A stretch of 64,000 bases of DNA from positions 160,001 through 224,000 of the forward strand of contig CAVSZB010000007.1 of assembly GCA_963732385.1 (NCBI GenBank), written 5' to 3'. The DNA is from an uncultured bacterium. GTDB lineage: Bacteria; Krumholzibacteriota; Krumholzibacteriia; LZORAL124-64-63. Below are positions 47,593 to 56,476 of the stretch, in pieces. Within the stretch, counting starts at the first letter, position 1. Every line of letters starts with the position of its first letter. The translations under genes were made by a program, and so were the position numbers. Under the pieces are notes generated by a model. It saw only the letters and a program-made list of their open reading frames with translations, searched no databases and was not told the DNA's origin.

Positions 47593-47856
47593 ATGAGGAA
47601 ATCTCTGGGGACGGTGGCGCTGACCCTGCTGCTGGGGGTCCTCATCGGGGCGATCTGCAGCGAGTTGATCGGCCTGTTCCTGGAAAAGGGCAGCGTCGCC
47701 GAGCAACTGTTCGTTCGCTATGTCAGTTTCGGCCCCGAGGCGACGAAGCTGGATCTGGTGATTTGCGAGTTGACCTTCGGCTTCCGGCTCCACTTCAATC
47801 TGATGAGCCTGGTCGGCGTGTTCGTCGCCTCGCAGATCCTTCGCTGGTATCGGTAG
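47593..47856 (+). CDS. DUF4321 family small membrane protein
   Basis: Two hydrophobic segments with a DL...LTFGFRLHFNLMSLVG pattern. Confidence 0.72.
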   Translation: MRKSLGTVALTLLLGVLIGAICSELIGLFLEKGSVAEQLFVRYVSFGPEATKLDLVICELTFGFRLHFNLMSLVGVFVASQILRWYR

Positions 47857-47878
47857 CCCCTGCGAGAGGGAGTCCATC

Positions 47879-48097
47879 ATGCGCTTCTTCCCCGCCATTT
47901 TCGGCAATCTGGGGTGGCAGGAACTCCTGATCATCCTGGTCATCATCCTGGTGCTGTTCGGCCCCCGCCGCCTGCCGGAGATCGCCGACGCGCTCGGCAA
48001 GTCGGTGCGCAGGTTCAAGAGCGCGACCCGCGACGCGGAAACCGAGTTCAAGAAGGAAGTCGACGCCGCGACCAGGAAGCCTGACGACCCCAAGTGA
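47879..48097 (+). CDS. tatA: Twin-arginine translocase TatA/TatE subunit
   Basis: LGWQELLIILVIILVLFGPRRLPEI..ALGKS...FK motif. Confidence 0.92.
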   Translation: MRFFPAIFGNLGWQELLIILVIILVLFGPRRLPEIADALGKSVRRFKSATRDAETEFKKEVDAATRKPDDPK

Positions 48098-48158
48098 TTG
48101 CCCGCCGCGCCGGGCCGCGGCCGGCGGCGGCCGCGCGGCCGGTCCCCGGAGGGACGGC

Positions 48159-50441
48159 GTGAATCTGGCGCAACTCCTCGACCGCCTCAAGCGCGACGAG
48201 CGCTTTCTGCGCAATGTCACCCGGTGGGAGGTCCTGCCGCCCGTGGCGGGGGAATACGCGGAGTACCCGCCCGACCTCGATTCCCGCCTCGTGGACGTGA
48301 TGCGGCGCCGCGGCGCCCGGAATCTCTACGTGCATCAGGCGGAGGCGTGCCGCCTGGCCGCGGCGCAGAGGCCGTTCGTGGTGGTCACCCCGACCGCTTC
48401 CGGCAAGACCCTCTGCTACAACCTGCCGGTGATCGACGCGGTGCTGCGCGATCCGCAGGCGCGCGCTCTCTACCTGTTCCCGACCAAGGCGCTCAGCCAG
48501 GACCAGCTGGCTGAAGTGCACGGCATCGTGACCGACCTCGGTGCGGACATCCGGACCTGCACCTTCGACGGCGACACGCCCGAGACTGCGCGGCGCGCGA
48601 TCCGCAACAGCGGGCACATCGTCATCACCAACCCCGACATGCTGCACCAGGGGATCCTGCCGCACCACACGCTCTGGGTGAAGCTGTTCGAGAACCTGCG
48701 CTACGTGGTCGTCGACGAGGTGCACCAGTACCGCGGCGTGTTCGGCAGCCACGTGGCGAACGTGCTGCGCCGGCTGCGGCGCGTGGCGGCGTTCTACGGG
48801 GCCGATCCGCTCTTCATCGGCTGCTCCGCCACGGTGGCCAATCCGGGCGAGCTGGCCGGAGCGCTGGCCGGCCGGCCGGTCGACGTGATCGAACGCAACG
48901 GCGCTCCGCGCGGCGAGAAACACTTCATCTTCTACAATCCGCCGGTGGTGAACCGCGAACTTGGCATCCGACGGTCGGCTGTCAAGGAGACGCGCGCGAT
49001 CGCCGAGCGCTTCCTCGCCGCCGAGGCCCAGACCATCGTTTTCGCCCGTTCGCGCACGCGCGTGGAACTGCTGCTGACCTACCTCGAGCGGGCCGGCCGC
49101 CGGGTCGGCACTCGCGGCGGCGAGGTGCGGGGCTACCGGGGCGGATACCTGCCGAGTGAACGCCGGTCCATCGAGCAGGGACTGCGCGACGGGACGGTGC
49201 GCGCGGTAGTCAGCACCAACGCCCTTGAACTGGGCATCGACATCGGGCGGCTCGACGTCTGCGTGATGTGCGGCTACGCCGGGACGGTGGCCGCCACCTG
49301 GCAGCAGGCGGGGCGCGCGGGACGACGACAGGGGCTCTCCTGCGCCGTGCTGGTGGCCACGAGCGCTCCCGCCGACCAGTACATCGTGCATCACCCGGAG
49401 TGGTTCTTCGACCGCTCGCCGGAGCACGCCACGCTCGACCCCGACAACCTGGTGGTTCTCGCCAGCCACCTCAAGTGTGCCGCGTTCGAGCTGCCGTTTG
49501 GCGAAGACCAGGATTTCGGCGGCGTGCGGGTGGTGGAGATCCTCGACTATCTCGCGCGGCAGGGGGTGCTGCACCGGGCCGATGGCCGCTACCACTGGAT
49601 GACCGACACCTATCCGGCCGAGGATGTCAGCCTGCGCAGCGCGGCCCCGGAGAACGTGGTGATCATCGACCGCAGCGTGGCGGATGGGCGGGTGATCGGC
49701 GAGATGGATCTGTTCAGCGCCCAGGAGATGCTGCACGACGAGGCCATCTACATCCACGGCGGGCAGCCGTACCACGTGGACCGGCTCGACTGGGAACGGC
49801 AGGAGGCGTTCGTGCATCCGGTCCGGGTGGATTACTACACCGATGCCCAGCGCAAGACCGAACTGAAGACACTCGACTGCGAGGAGCGAACCGAGGCGCC
49901 GCTCGGGTTCCGTGGGCTGGGCGAGGTTGGTCTGGTCTCGAAGGTGACGGTGTTCAAGAAGATCAAGTTGGAGACGCACGAGAATATCGGTGCCGGACGA
50001 GTCCACCTGCCGGAGATGGAGATGCACACCACCGCCTGTTGGTGGGAACTGCCGGAGACGATGCACGCCGAACTCGGCGCGGACGGGCTCGATCTCGGTG
50101 ACGCGCTGCAGGGGCTGGCCCACCTGCTCGGCCACGTGGCGCCGCTGTTCGTGATGGCTGACCCAGCCGACCTGCGCACCGCTCCGATGGTCCGGTCGCC
50201 GTTCACCGACCGGCCGACCCTCTACCTCTACGACTCCGTGCCGGGCGGCGCCGGTTTCGCCCGGCGCATCTACGGGCAGCTCGCAGCGATCGGCGCCGCC
50301 GCGCGCGCGCACCTCGCCGCTTGTCCCTGCGAGGCCGGTTGTCCCTCCTGTGTCGGCCCGTCCGGCGAGAGCGGCGGCACGGCGAAGCGGGGGGCCGCGC
50401 GTCTGCTGGTCGCCTTCGGCGCGGACGGCCCGCGCGTTTGA
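48159..50441 (+). CDS. mrfA: DEAD/DEAH-box helicase with DUF1998 C-terminus (MrfA/YprA/SftH/Hrq1-like)
   Basis: TPTASGKT, FPTKAL, TNPDMLH, DEVH, STNALELGIDIG, QQAGRAGR, YDSVPGGAG and C-terminal CPCEAGCPSC. Confidence 0.9.
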   Translation: MNLAQLLDRLKRDERFLRNVTRWEVLPPVAGEYAEYPPDLDSRLVDVMRRRGARNLYVHQAEACRLAAAQRPFVVVTPTASGKTLCYNLPVIDAVLRDPQARALYLFPTKALSQDQLAEVHGIVTDLGADIRTCTFDGDTPETARRAIRNSGHIVITNPDMLHQGILPHHTLWVKLFENLRYVVVDEVHQYRGVFGSHVANVLRRLRRVAAFYGADPLFIGCSATVANPGELAGALAGRPVDVIERNGAPRGEKHFIFYNPPVVNRELGIRRSAVKETRAIAERFLAAEAQTIVFARSRTRVELLLTYLERAGRRVGTRGGEVRGYRGGYLPSERRSIEQGLRDGTVRAVVSTNALELGIDIGRLDVCVMCGYAGTVAATWQQAGRAGRRQGLSCAVLVATSAPADQYIVHHPEWFFDRSPEHATLDPDNLVVLASHLKCAAFELPFGEDQDFGGVRVVEILDYLARQGVLHRADGRYHWMTDTYPAEDVSLRSAAPENVVIIDRSVADGRVIGEMDLFSAQEMLHDEAIYIHGGQPYHVDRLDWERQEAFVHPVRVDYYTDAQRKTELKTLDCEERTEAPLGFRGLGEVGLVSKVTVFKKIKLETHENIGAGRVHLPEMEMHTTACWWELPETMHAELGADGLDLGDALQGLAHLLGHVAPLFVMADPADLRTAPMVRSPFTDRPTLYLYDSVPGGAGFARRIYGQLAAIGAAARAHLAACPCEAGCPSCVGPSGESGGTAKRGAARLLVAFGADGPRV

Positions 50442-50451
50442 GGGGGGCTCC

Positions 50452-51720
50452 GTGGATCTGGCCCGCCGCCTGGCCCAGTTCGACGCGCTGTTGAAGGGTC
50501 CGCGCTCCTCGGAAGGAGTTGGCGTTGCGGTGCCGTCGCCGGTGACGCCTGTGGATTCGGGCGCCGTGGCGCGCGTCGTGTCGGTGCTCGGCCTGACGGC
50601 GCGCGAGGTGACAGGTGGCGAGGCGTGGGCGTGCGATGCGGCGGAACCGGCCCCCTGCCCGCCGCCTGAGCCGGCCGCGCTGGCGGCGCTGGAGGCGCTG
50701 TTTGCGCCGCGGGGCGCCGTGGCGGCGCTGCCGGGAGCTGACGACGACGCGTCTGCGCCCCCCACCGTCGGCGGGCTCCTGCTGCTCGACACCGAGACAA
50801 CCGGCCTGGCGGGCGGCACCGGTACGGTGCCGTTCCTGGTCGGCTGCGCCTGGTGGGAGGAGGGGCTCCTGTGCACCCGGCAATGGTTCCTGCCGACGCC
50901 GGGCCGCGAGGGGCCGCTGCTGGCCGATCTGGCGGCGCATGCCAGGCGTTTCACCTCAGTCGTCACCTACAACGGCCAGACCTTCGACCTGCCATTGTTG
51001 CGCACGCGGGCGCTGCTGGCGCGGCAGCCTGATCCGGTGGCGGACCTGCACGGCTGGGATCTCCTGCGCGCGGCGCGGCGGTTGTGGGGACGGCGTCTGC
51101 CCGACTGTCGTCAGTCGACGGTGGAGGCGCAGGTGTGCGGGATCGTCCGCGACGGTGACGACCTGCCGGGCGCGCTGATCCCGCAGGTCTACTTCCGCTG
51201 GCTGCGCGCCGGCGATCCGGGCGACCTGCCGCGCGTCCTGGCGCACAACCGGCGTGACCTGAGGGGCATGGCCGCGATCCTCGCGGCGGCGGGGGAACGC
51301 GCCGCCGGTCTTGCGACGCTGCCGCCCGCCGGCGCGGTGCCGGCCTGGCCGTGGGCTGATCTCTGGTCGGCGGGACGGGTCTGCGAGCGGCAGGGACGGC
51401 GCGAACTCGCGGTGGCGTGGCTGGCCGTCGCGCTGGCGGCGCGGGATGGCGGCGCGCCGGAACGCTTCTTCGCCGATGCGGTGCGGATATTCAAGCGGGG
51501 CGAAGCGTGGGCCGACGCCGCGACAGCCCTGGCGGCGGCGCTGACGGCGGTCGGCGACCGCCCCTGGCTGCATCGGGAGGCCGCCATCCTCTACGAGCAT
51601 CGACTGCGCGACCTGCCGCGGGCCCACGCACACGCGCAGCGGCTCGGGGAGCCGGCGCGGTTGGCGCGACTCGCGCGCAAACTGGGCCGGAGCGGACCCG
51701 CGGCGCTCAACGACGCCTGA
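50452..51720 (+). CDS. mrfB: RNase H-like (DEDD) exonuclease with C-terminal TPRs (MrfB/YprB-like)
   Basis: LDTETTGLAGGTGT..FLVG, TYNGQTFDLPLL, HNRRD motifs; TPR-like tail AILYEH; follows the helicase. Confidence 0.85.
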   Translation: MDLARRLAQFDALLKGPRSSEGVGVAVPSPVTPVDSGAVARVVSVLGLTAREVTGGEAWACDAAEPAPCPPPEPAALAALEALFAPRGAVAALPGADDDASAPPTVGGLLLLDTETTGLAGGTGTVPFLVGCAWWEEGLLCTRQWFLPTPGREGPLLADLAAHARRFTSVVTYNGQTFDLPLLRTRALLARQPDPVADLHGWDLLRAARRLWGRRLPDCRQSTVEAQVCGIVRDGDDLPGALIPQVYFRWLRAGDPGDLPRVLAHNRRDLRGMAAILAAAGERAAGLATLPPAGAVPAWPWADLWSAGRVCERQGRRELAVAWLAVALAARDGGAPERFFADAVRIFKRGEAWADAATALAAALTAVGDRPWLHREAAILYEHRLRDLPRAHAHAQRLGEPARLARLARKLGRSGPAALNDA

Positions 51721-51811
51721 TACCGTCCTTGCCAACGCCGCCCCGTCCGGTGTTACAATACGCTGGCGGCCGCGAAGCGTCGGCTCCCGACGCGCGGCCC
51801 GGGAGGTCGGG

Positions 51812-52249
51812 ATGAGCAGGGTGACGCGCGAGGACGGGCATCTCGTGGTGGCGGCGATCCGGGTGCTGGCGCATCGTGAAGAGCGGCCGCCGCGCCCCGA
51901 GGAGGTGGCGGTCCTGCTCGGCATGGCGCCCGAGGTGCTGCGCGCCCGCATGGCCATTCTGGCCGAGACCGGCGTGCTGGCGATGATCGAGAGCGCCTTC
52001 GACACGCATCTCGAAATCCGCGACCACCTGCGCCTGGAGGAACTGGAGGCGGGCGCGCAGTCGCGCGCGCTGGACGAGGACCTTGCCGACTTCGACCGGC
52101 GCCAGAAGGAACAGGCCGATAAGATGTCCCGCCTGTTCGACGAGGGGGATCACGAGCGACGCCAGGCGGAGCGCGTCCGGAAGATGGAGGAAGAGTTGCG
52201 CGACTTCCGGCAGCGGAAGCCGCGCAGTCCGTTCGCCGACGACGACTGA
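51812..52249 (+). CDS. Hypothetical protein, predicted winged-helix N-terminus plus charged coiled coil
   Basis: GGGAGG RBS; extended -10 TGTTACAAT at 51751-51759; RPPRPEEVAVLLG HTH-like segment; E/R/K-rich C-terminal half. Confidence 0.65.
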   Translation: MSRVTREDGHLVVAAIRVLAHREERPPRPEEVAVLLGMAPEVLRARMAILAETGVLAMIESAFDTHLEIRDHLRLEELEAGAQSRALDEDLADFDRRQKEQADKMSRLFDEGDHERRQAERVRKMEEELRDFRQRKPRSPFADDD

Positions 52250-52279
52250 CGGTGGCGACGCGATGGGCGCCGCCCGCTG

Positions 52280-54091
52280 TCAGCCGCCGCTGCGCGCCAG
52301 CGTGGAGCGGTTGTCGATGATCTTCGCCACGGTGGTCTGTTCCTGGTACCACGACTCCAGCAACTCGTACTGCCGCCGGCCCAGCAGTTGCGCGCGCAAC
52401 TGCGCGCGCTGCTGTTCGAACGCTGTTTCCGGCAGCGGCGATCGCCAGAGCGAGCGCAGGGCGAATACGCCGCGCGGCGTCTCCACTTGCGGTATGAGCT
52501 GGCCTGGCGTCGCCACGATGGCCGCCATGTTGAAGGCCGTGCCGAAGCCGACTTTCGCCACGTTGCCCGTCGCGGAGAAGGTGTCGGTCACCGCGTAGGC
52601 GAGACCGAAGCGTGACGCCGCATCGGCCAGCGAGGTGCCGGCCCGCACCGCGGCTACCGCGGGCGCCAGTCTTTGCGCCGCCGCTTCACGCAGTCGGCGC
52701 TGGCGCGCCTCGGCCACGATTTGGCTGCGCACCTCGTCGAGCGGCGCCGGCCCGGCCGGCTGGATCTGGTCGCATCGCACCGCGAAATAGACCTCGTCAT
52801 TCTCGAGCAGACCGCTCACCTGTCCCTGCCTGGCCTGGAAGGCGAACTGCGTTCCGGCCACGCTCCCGGGCAGGCCGGGGATGTCCTGCTTCGCGGAGAT
52901 GGGGGCCGTCGACTGCGGTTTCAGACCGCCCGCGGCGACCGCCTTGTCGAATCCATCTTCGCGCGCCTGCGCGAGAAACGATTCGACCTGGTCGGCCAGC
53001 GACGACAGGGTGGCGTCGCCCGCCTCTATCTTGAACAGGATGTGGCGCGCGTGCACCTGGGCCACCAGACCGTTCTCGCGCATCTGCTCGATCACCTCGA
53101 TCAGGTGATAGCCGAACGGGGTCTCGACCGGGTCGCTGATCTGTCCGGGCGGCAGGGCGAAGGCCGCCGCCGTGAAAGGCGCGACCATCTGATTGCGGTC
53201 GAACGTGCCGAGGTCCCCGCCGAGGTCTTTGGAGGGGTCCGTTGAGTAGATGGCCGCTGCTTCCGCGAAGGTGCTCTGGCCCGCTTCGATTTCGCGTTTG
53301 ACATCCAGGGCGAGCTGGCGCACCTCGGCCTTGTCCCCCTCGCTCGGCTGTTTCGGCCAGGTCACGAAGGTCAGCCTGACGCGCTCCGGACGATCATACC
53401 GGCCGCGGGTCGCCTGGTAGAGCGACGCGATCTCCGCCTCGGTCGGCTCCGGGCCTGCCGGCAGGTCGGCGGTGAGGGCCCCCATCCACTCGGCCACGGC
53501 GCGTCCCTGCTGGCGCAGCCAGGCGTCACGCACTTCCGCGTCCGAAACGACGGCGCGCGAAGCGATCATCTGCTGCAGCTTCTGCCGTGGCAGTGACTCC
53601 CGCAGGTAGGCTTCCACTCCGGACCAGTCGCGGTTGGGATTGTTCAGCTCGGCCATGTAGGCCTGCATGTTCGGCTGTCCGCTCTCGTCTCGGAACTGCG
53701 TCAGCAGTTCCTGCGGTGGGTTGGTGCGCAGGACGTCGAGGATCTCCTCGTCGCTCACGGACAGCCCAAGGCGCTTGATCTCCGCGCGTTCGAGGCGATC
53801 GCGCACCAGGCCCTGCCACAACTGTTCACCCGCGCTCGCGCGCTGGTTGGGGGTGAGCGCCTGCTCCTGGTTCTGCTGGCGCATGCGTGCCATGTAGTTC
53901 TGCAACGCCTGGTCCCATTCCAGAGCAGTGATCGGCGCGCCGTTGACCTGGCCCACCAGATCCCCGTTCCGGCCCCCTTTCTGGCCGCGTCCCTGGAAAT
54001 CGGCGCCCCAGGCCAGGAAGATGAACAGGATGAACGAGGCGGCGATGATCCAGTAAATGAACTTGGCCTTCGAGCGTAGCAGCTTGAACAT
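52280..54091 (-). CDS. SurA/PpiD-like periplasmic peptidyl-prolyl isomerase (parvulin)
   Basis: N-terminal membrane anchor; SurA-N domain; GGDLG.F....MV..F..AAF, S.PVETPFGYHLI and ARHIL motifs. Confidence 0.88.
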   Translation of the reverse strand: MFKLLRSKAKFIYWIIAASFILFIFLAWGADFQGRGQKGGRNGDLVGQVNGAPITALEWDQALQNYMARMRQQNQEQALTPNQRASAGEQLWQGLVRDRLERAEIKRLGLSVSDEEILDVLRTNPPQELLTQFRDESGQPNMQAYMAELNNPNRDWSGVEAYLRESLPRQKLQQMIASRAVVSDAEVRDAWLRQQGRAVAEWMGALTADLPAGPEPTEAEIASLYQATRGRYDRPERVRLTFVTWPKQPSEGDKAEVRQLALDVKREIEAGQSTFAEAAAIYSTDPSKDLGGDLGTFDRNQMVAPFTAAAFALPPGQISDPVETPFGYHLIEVIEQMRENGLVAQVHARHILFKIEAGDATLSSLADQVESFLAQAREDGFDKAVAAGGLKPQSTAPISAKQDIPGLPGSVAGTQFAFQARQGQVSGLLENDEVYFAVRCDQIQPAGPAPLDEVRSQIVAEARQRRLREAAAQRLAPAVAAVRAGTSLADAASRFGLAYAVTDTFSATGNVAKVGFGTAFNMAAIVATPGQLIPQVETPRGVFALRSLWRSPLPETAFEQQRAQLRAQLLGRRQYELLESWYQEQTTVAKIIDNRSTLARSGG

Positions 54092-54406
54092 CTCGGGGAT
54101 CTCCTCGGGGACAGGTCGCACACAGCCGCGTCGACGCGCGGACCCCCACCGGCGGCGCCGCGAAAACGGCGGGCCGGAGCGGCGGGAAAAATTCAGCTTT
54201 TCAAGATAACACGCTCCTGTCGGCCATCACAAGGGCGTTTCGGCGCGAAGTGAGCCGCCATTTCCCCCGACGGCGCGCCGTCGACCCCTTTCCCGGGTAA
54301 AACGGGGGCTCGCGCGCGGGTGGAATGCGGAGCCCGGCCCGCGGCTGGACGCCTCGTCTACAGCCTGCTAACGTGGCCGGTCGCATCAATCGCCAGGAGG
54401 TCCATT

Positions 54407-56350
54407 GTGCGCCGGTCCGGACAGCGACCGTTATTTATCGCGCTGCTGCTGCTGCTGGCCGGAGGCGCTGCGGCGCGCTCCGCGGGGCCGCCGCAGGCTG
54501 CCGCCGACAGTCTCGCCGCCGCCGCGCCCCTCTGGCCGCTGGACCTGCCCACCCGGTACCTGACCTCGAATTTCATGGAGTATCGCCCGGGTCGTTTCCA
54601 TTCCGGCATCGATCTCAAGACGGGGGGACGGACCGGCTGGGCCGTGCGGGCCGCCGAGGACGGTTCGGTGATCCTGCTGCGTGCGTTGCCGGAGGGCTAC
54701 GGGCGGGCGGTCGTGCTGGAGGGGCAGTCCGGGCGACGGTATCTCTACGCGCATCTCGAGCGTTTCGCCGACCGCCTGCGCGCTGCGGTGACGGTTGCGC
54801 AGCGCGCTGCGGGACGCTACCGCGTCGAGTTGGAACTGCCGCCTGGCGAGCTCACGGTGACGCGCGGGGAGGTGCTGGCGCTGTCGGGCCAGAGTGGCAC
54901 CGTCGGCCCGCATCTCCATCTGGAGGTGCGCAACGCCGCCGGTTGGGCGCTCGATCCGTTGCGGCACGGTTTCGCCGCGCGAGACACGATCCCGCCGCGT
55001 CTGCTGCGGGTGACGGCGCTGCCGGCCGCTCCCGACGCCCGGATCGAGGGGGGGCTGACGGCGCGCAGCGTGGCCGACACCGCCGGTCTGCCGGCCGAAC
55101 TGCCGCTGCTGCGGATACGCGGGGCGGTCGCCTTCGCGGCCGAGTGGGAGGAGCGCAGCGATCGCATGGGGCACCGGCTCGCGCCGCGGGAGCTGTGGGT
55201 GCGGCTCGACGGCGTGACGGTGTTCACGGCCGTCAACGACAGTTTTCCCTTCGCGCGGCAGGTGGAGCAGCGCCTCGAGTGGCTGGAAACGGCCGGGCGG
55301 CGGATGCAGTGGCTCTGGCGGCGGCCGCAGATCAGCCTGCCGGGGCGCGCCGGCGGCGGCTGGTCGCTGGCGGGTGGGGGGCTGTCGCCGGGCCGCCATC
55401 GGGTGGAGATCAGCGCCGCCGACGCCACTGGCAACACCGTTGCGGTGGCCTGGTGGCTCGATGTGGCCGACACGGTCGTTGGCGCCGACACGGCAGGGGG
55501 CGGCGGCTGGCTGACGGACGACGTGGCGGTGCAATTGCCGTTCGTGGCGGAGGGGAGGGCGCGCCGGCTGACGCCGTTTCTCGAGATCGCGGCCGGGTCT
55601 GACGGCGAAGAGGAGGCGTGGCCGCTGCTCGGGCCGCGTGACGCTGATCCGCCCGGCTGGCGGCGGCTTGTCCTGTCGCCCGGGGAGGGGACGCCTTTGT
55701 TCGCGCCGGCGTTCCTGTTCGCCGCGCCCGATTCGCTGGCGTGGGGGGAGGCGCGGGCCGCTTTGGCCGCACAGGGGCTGGCCGCGCTCGGGCCGGCCGC
55801 CTGGCTGCTGACGCCTGACTGGCCGACCTACGGCCGCCCCGTGGTCGCCTGGCCCGGTCCGCTGCCGGACGCGGCTGGCTCACGGGACGTGGCGGCCTAC
55901 CGCGAAAGCGCGCCTGGAGAGTGGCGCTGGGCCGGGCGCCTGCAGGGAGGGGGCGGCGGCGGGGACCAGAGCTGGTCGCTGGCGTTGCCCGGCTCCGGGC
56001 GCTATGCCCTGCTGCGCGACACGCGTCGACCCGAAATCGGCGCCGGGCCGCCCGGCGGGGTGGTGCGCCGCGCCGCTGTTCGCCACCGCGCGGGGATCAG
56101 TCTGCCGCGGTGGGAGATGGTGGCGGTGACGCTGGCCGACGGCGGTTCCGGCGTTGATATCGCCACGCTGACCGCCACTCTTGATGGCCGGCCGTTCATC
56201 GTCGAACCGGATCCCAGCCACGGGCGCGTGCTGGCGGAACTGCCCGACAACCTCGCGACGGGGCCGCATACGCTCGAACTGCGGGTGGCGGACCGGGCCG
56301 GCCTGAGCGCGCGGCGGCGTCTGGCGCTCCAGCTTGTCGCCGCGCGCTGA
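54407..56350 (+). CDS. M23 family metallopeptidase, large exported form
   Basis: AGGAGG RBS before GTG; signal peptide; FHSGID, YAHL, SGQSG..GPHLHLEVR motifs. Confidence 0.85.
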   Translation: MRRSGQRPLFIALLLLLAGGAAARSAGPPQAAADSLAAAAPLWPLDLPTRYLTSNFMEYRPGRFHSGIDLKTGGRTGWAVRAAEDGSVILLRALPEGYGRAVVLEGQSGRRYLYAHLERFADRLRAAVTVAQRAAGRYRVELELPPGELTVTRGEVLALSGQSGTVGPHLHLEVRNAAGWALDPLRHGFAARDTIPPRLLRVTALPAAPDARIEGGLTARSVADTAGLPAELPLLRIRGAVAFAAEWEERSDRMGHRLAPRELWVRLDGVTVFTAVNDSFPFARQVEQRLEWLETAGRRMQWLWRRPQISLPGRAGGGWSLAGGGLSPGRHRVEISAADATGNTVAVAWWLDVADTVVGADTAGGGGWLTDDVAVQLPFVAEGRARRLTPFLEIAAGSDGEEEAWPLLGPRDADPPGWRRLVLSPGEGTPLFAPAFLFAAPDSLAWGEARAALAAQGLAALGPAAWLLTPDWPTYGRPVVAWPGPLPDAAGSRDVAAYRESAPGEWRWAGRLQGGGGGGDQSWSLALPGSGRYALLRDTRRPEIGAGPPGGVVRRAAVRHRAGISLPRWEMVAVTLADGGSGVDIATLTATLDGRPFIVEPDPSHGRVLAELPDNLATGPHTLELRVADRAGLSARRRLALQLVAAR

Positions 56351-56476
56351 GCGCCGATCGGCCCGCCTGCCGTCGCGGCGAAGTGGACGCGCGGTCGGGA
56401 GGCTGTTACAGTAGCGGCGCCCCGGCAGGAGGCCGGGGCCGCGTGACCGCGCGCATCCCGGCGAGGACAGCAAGGC

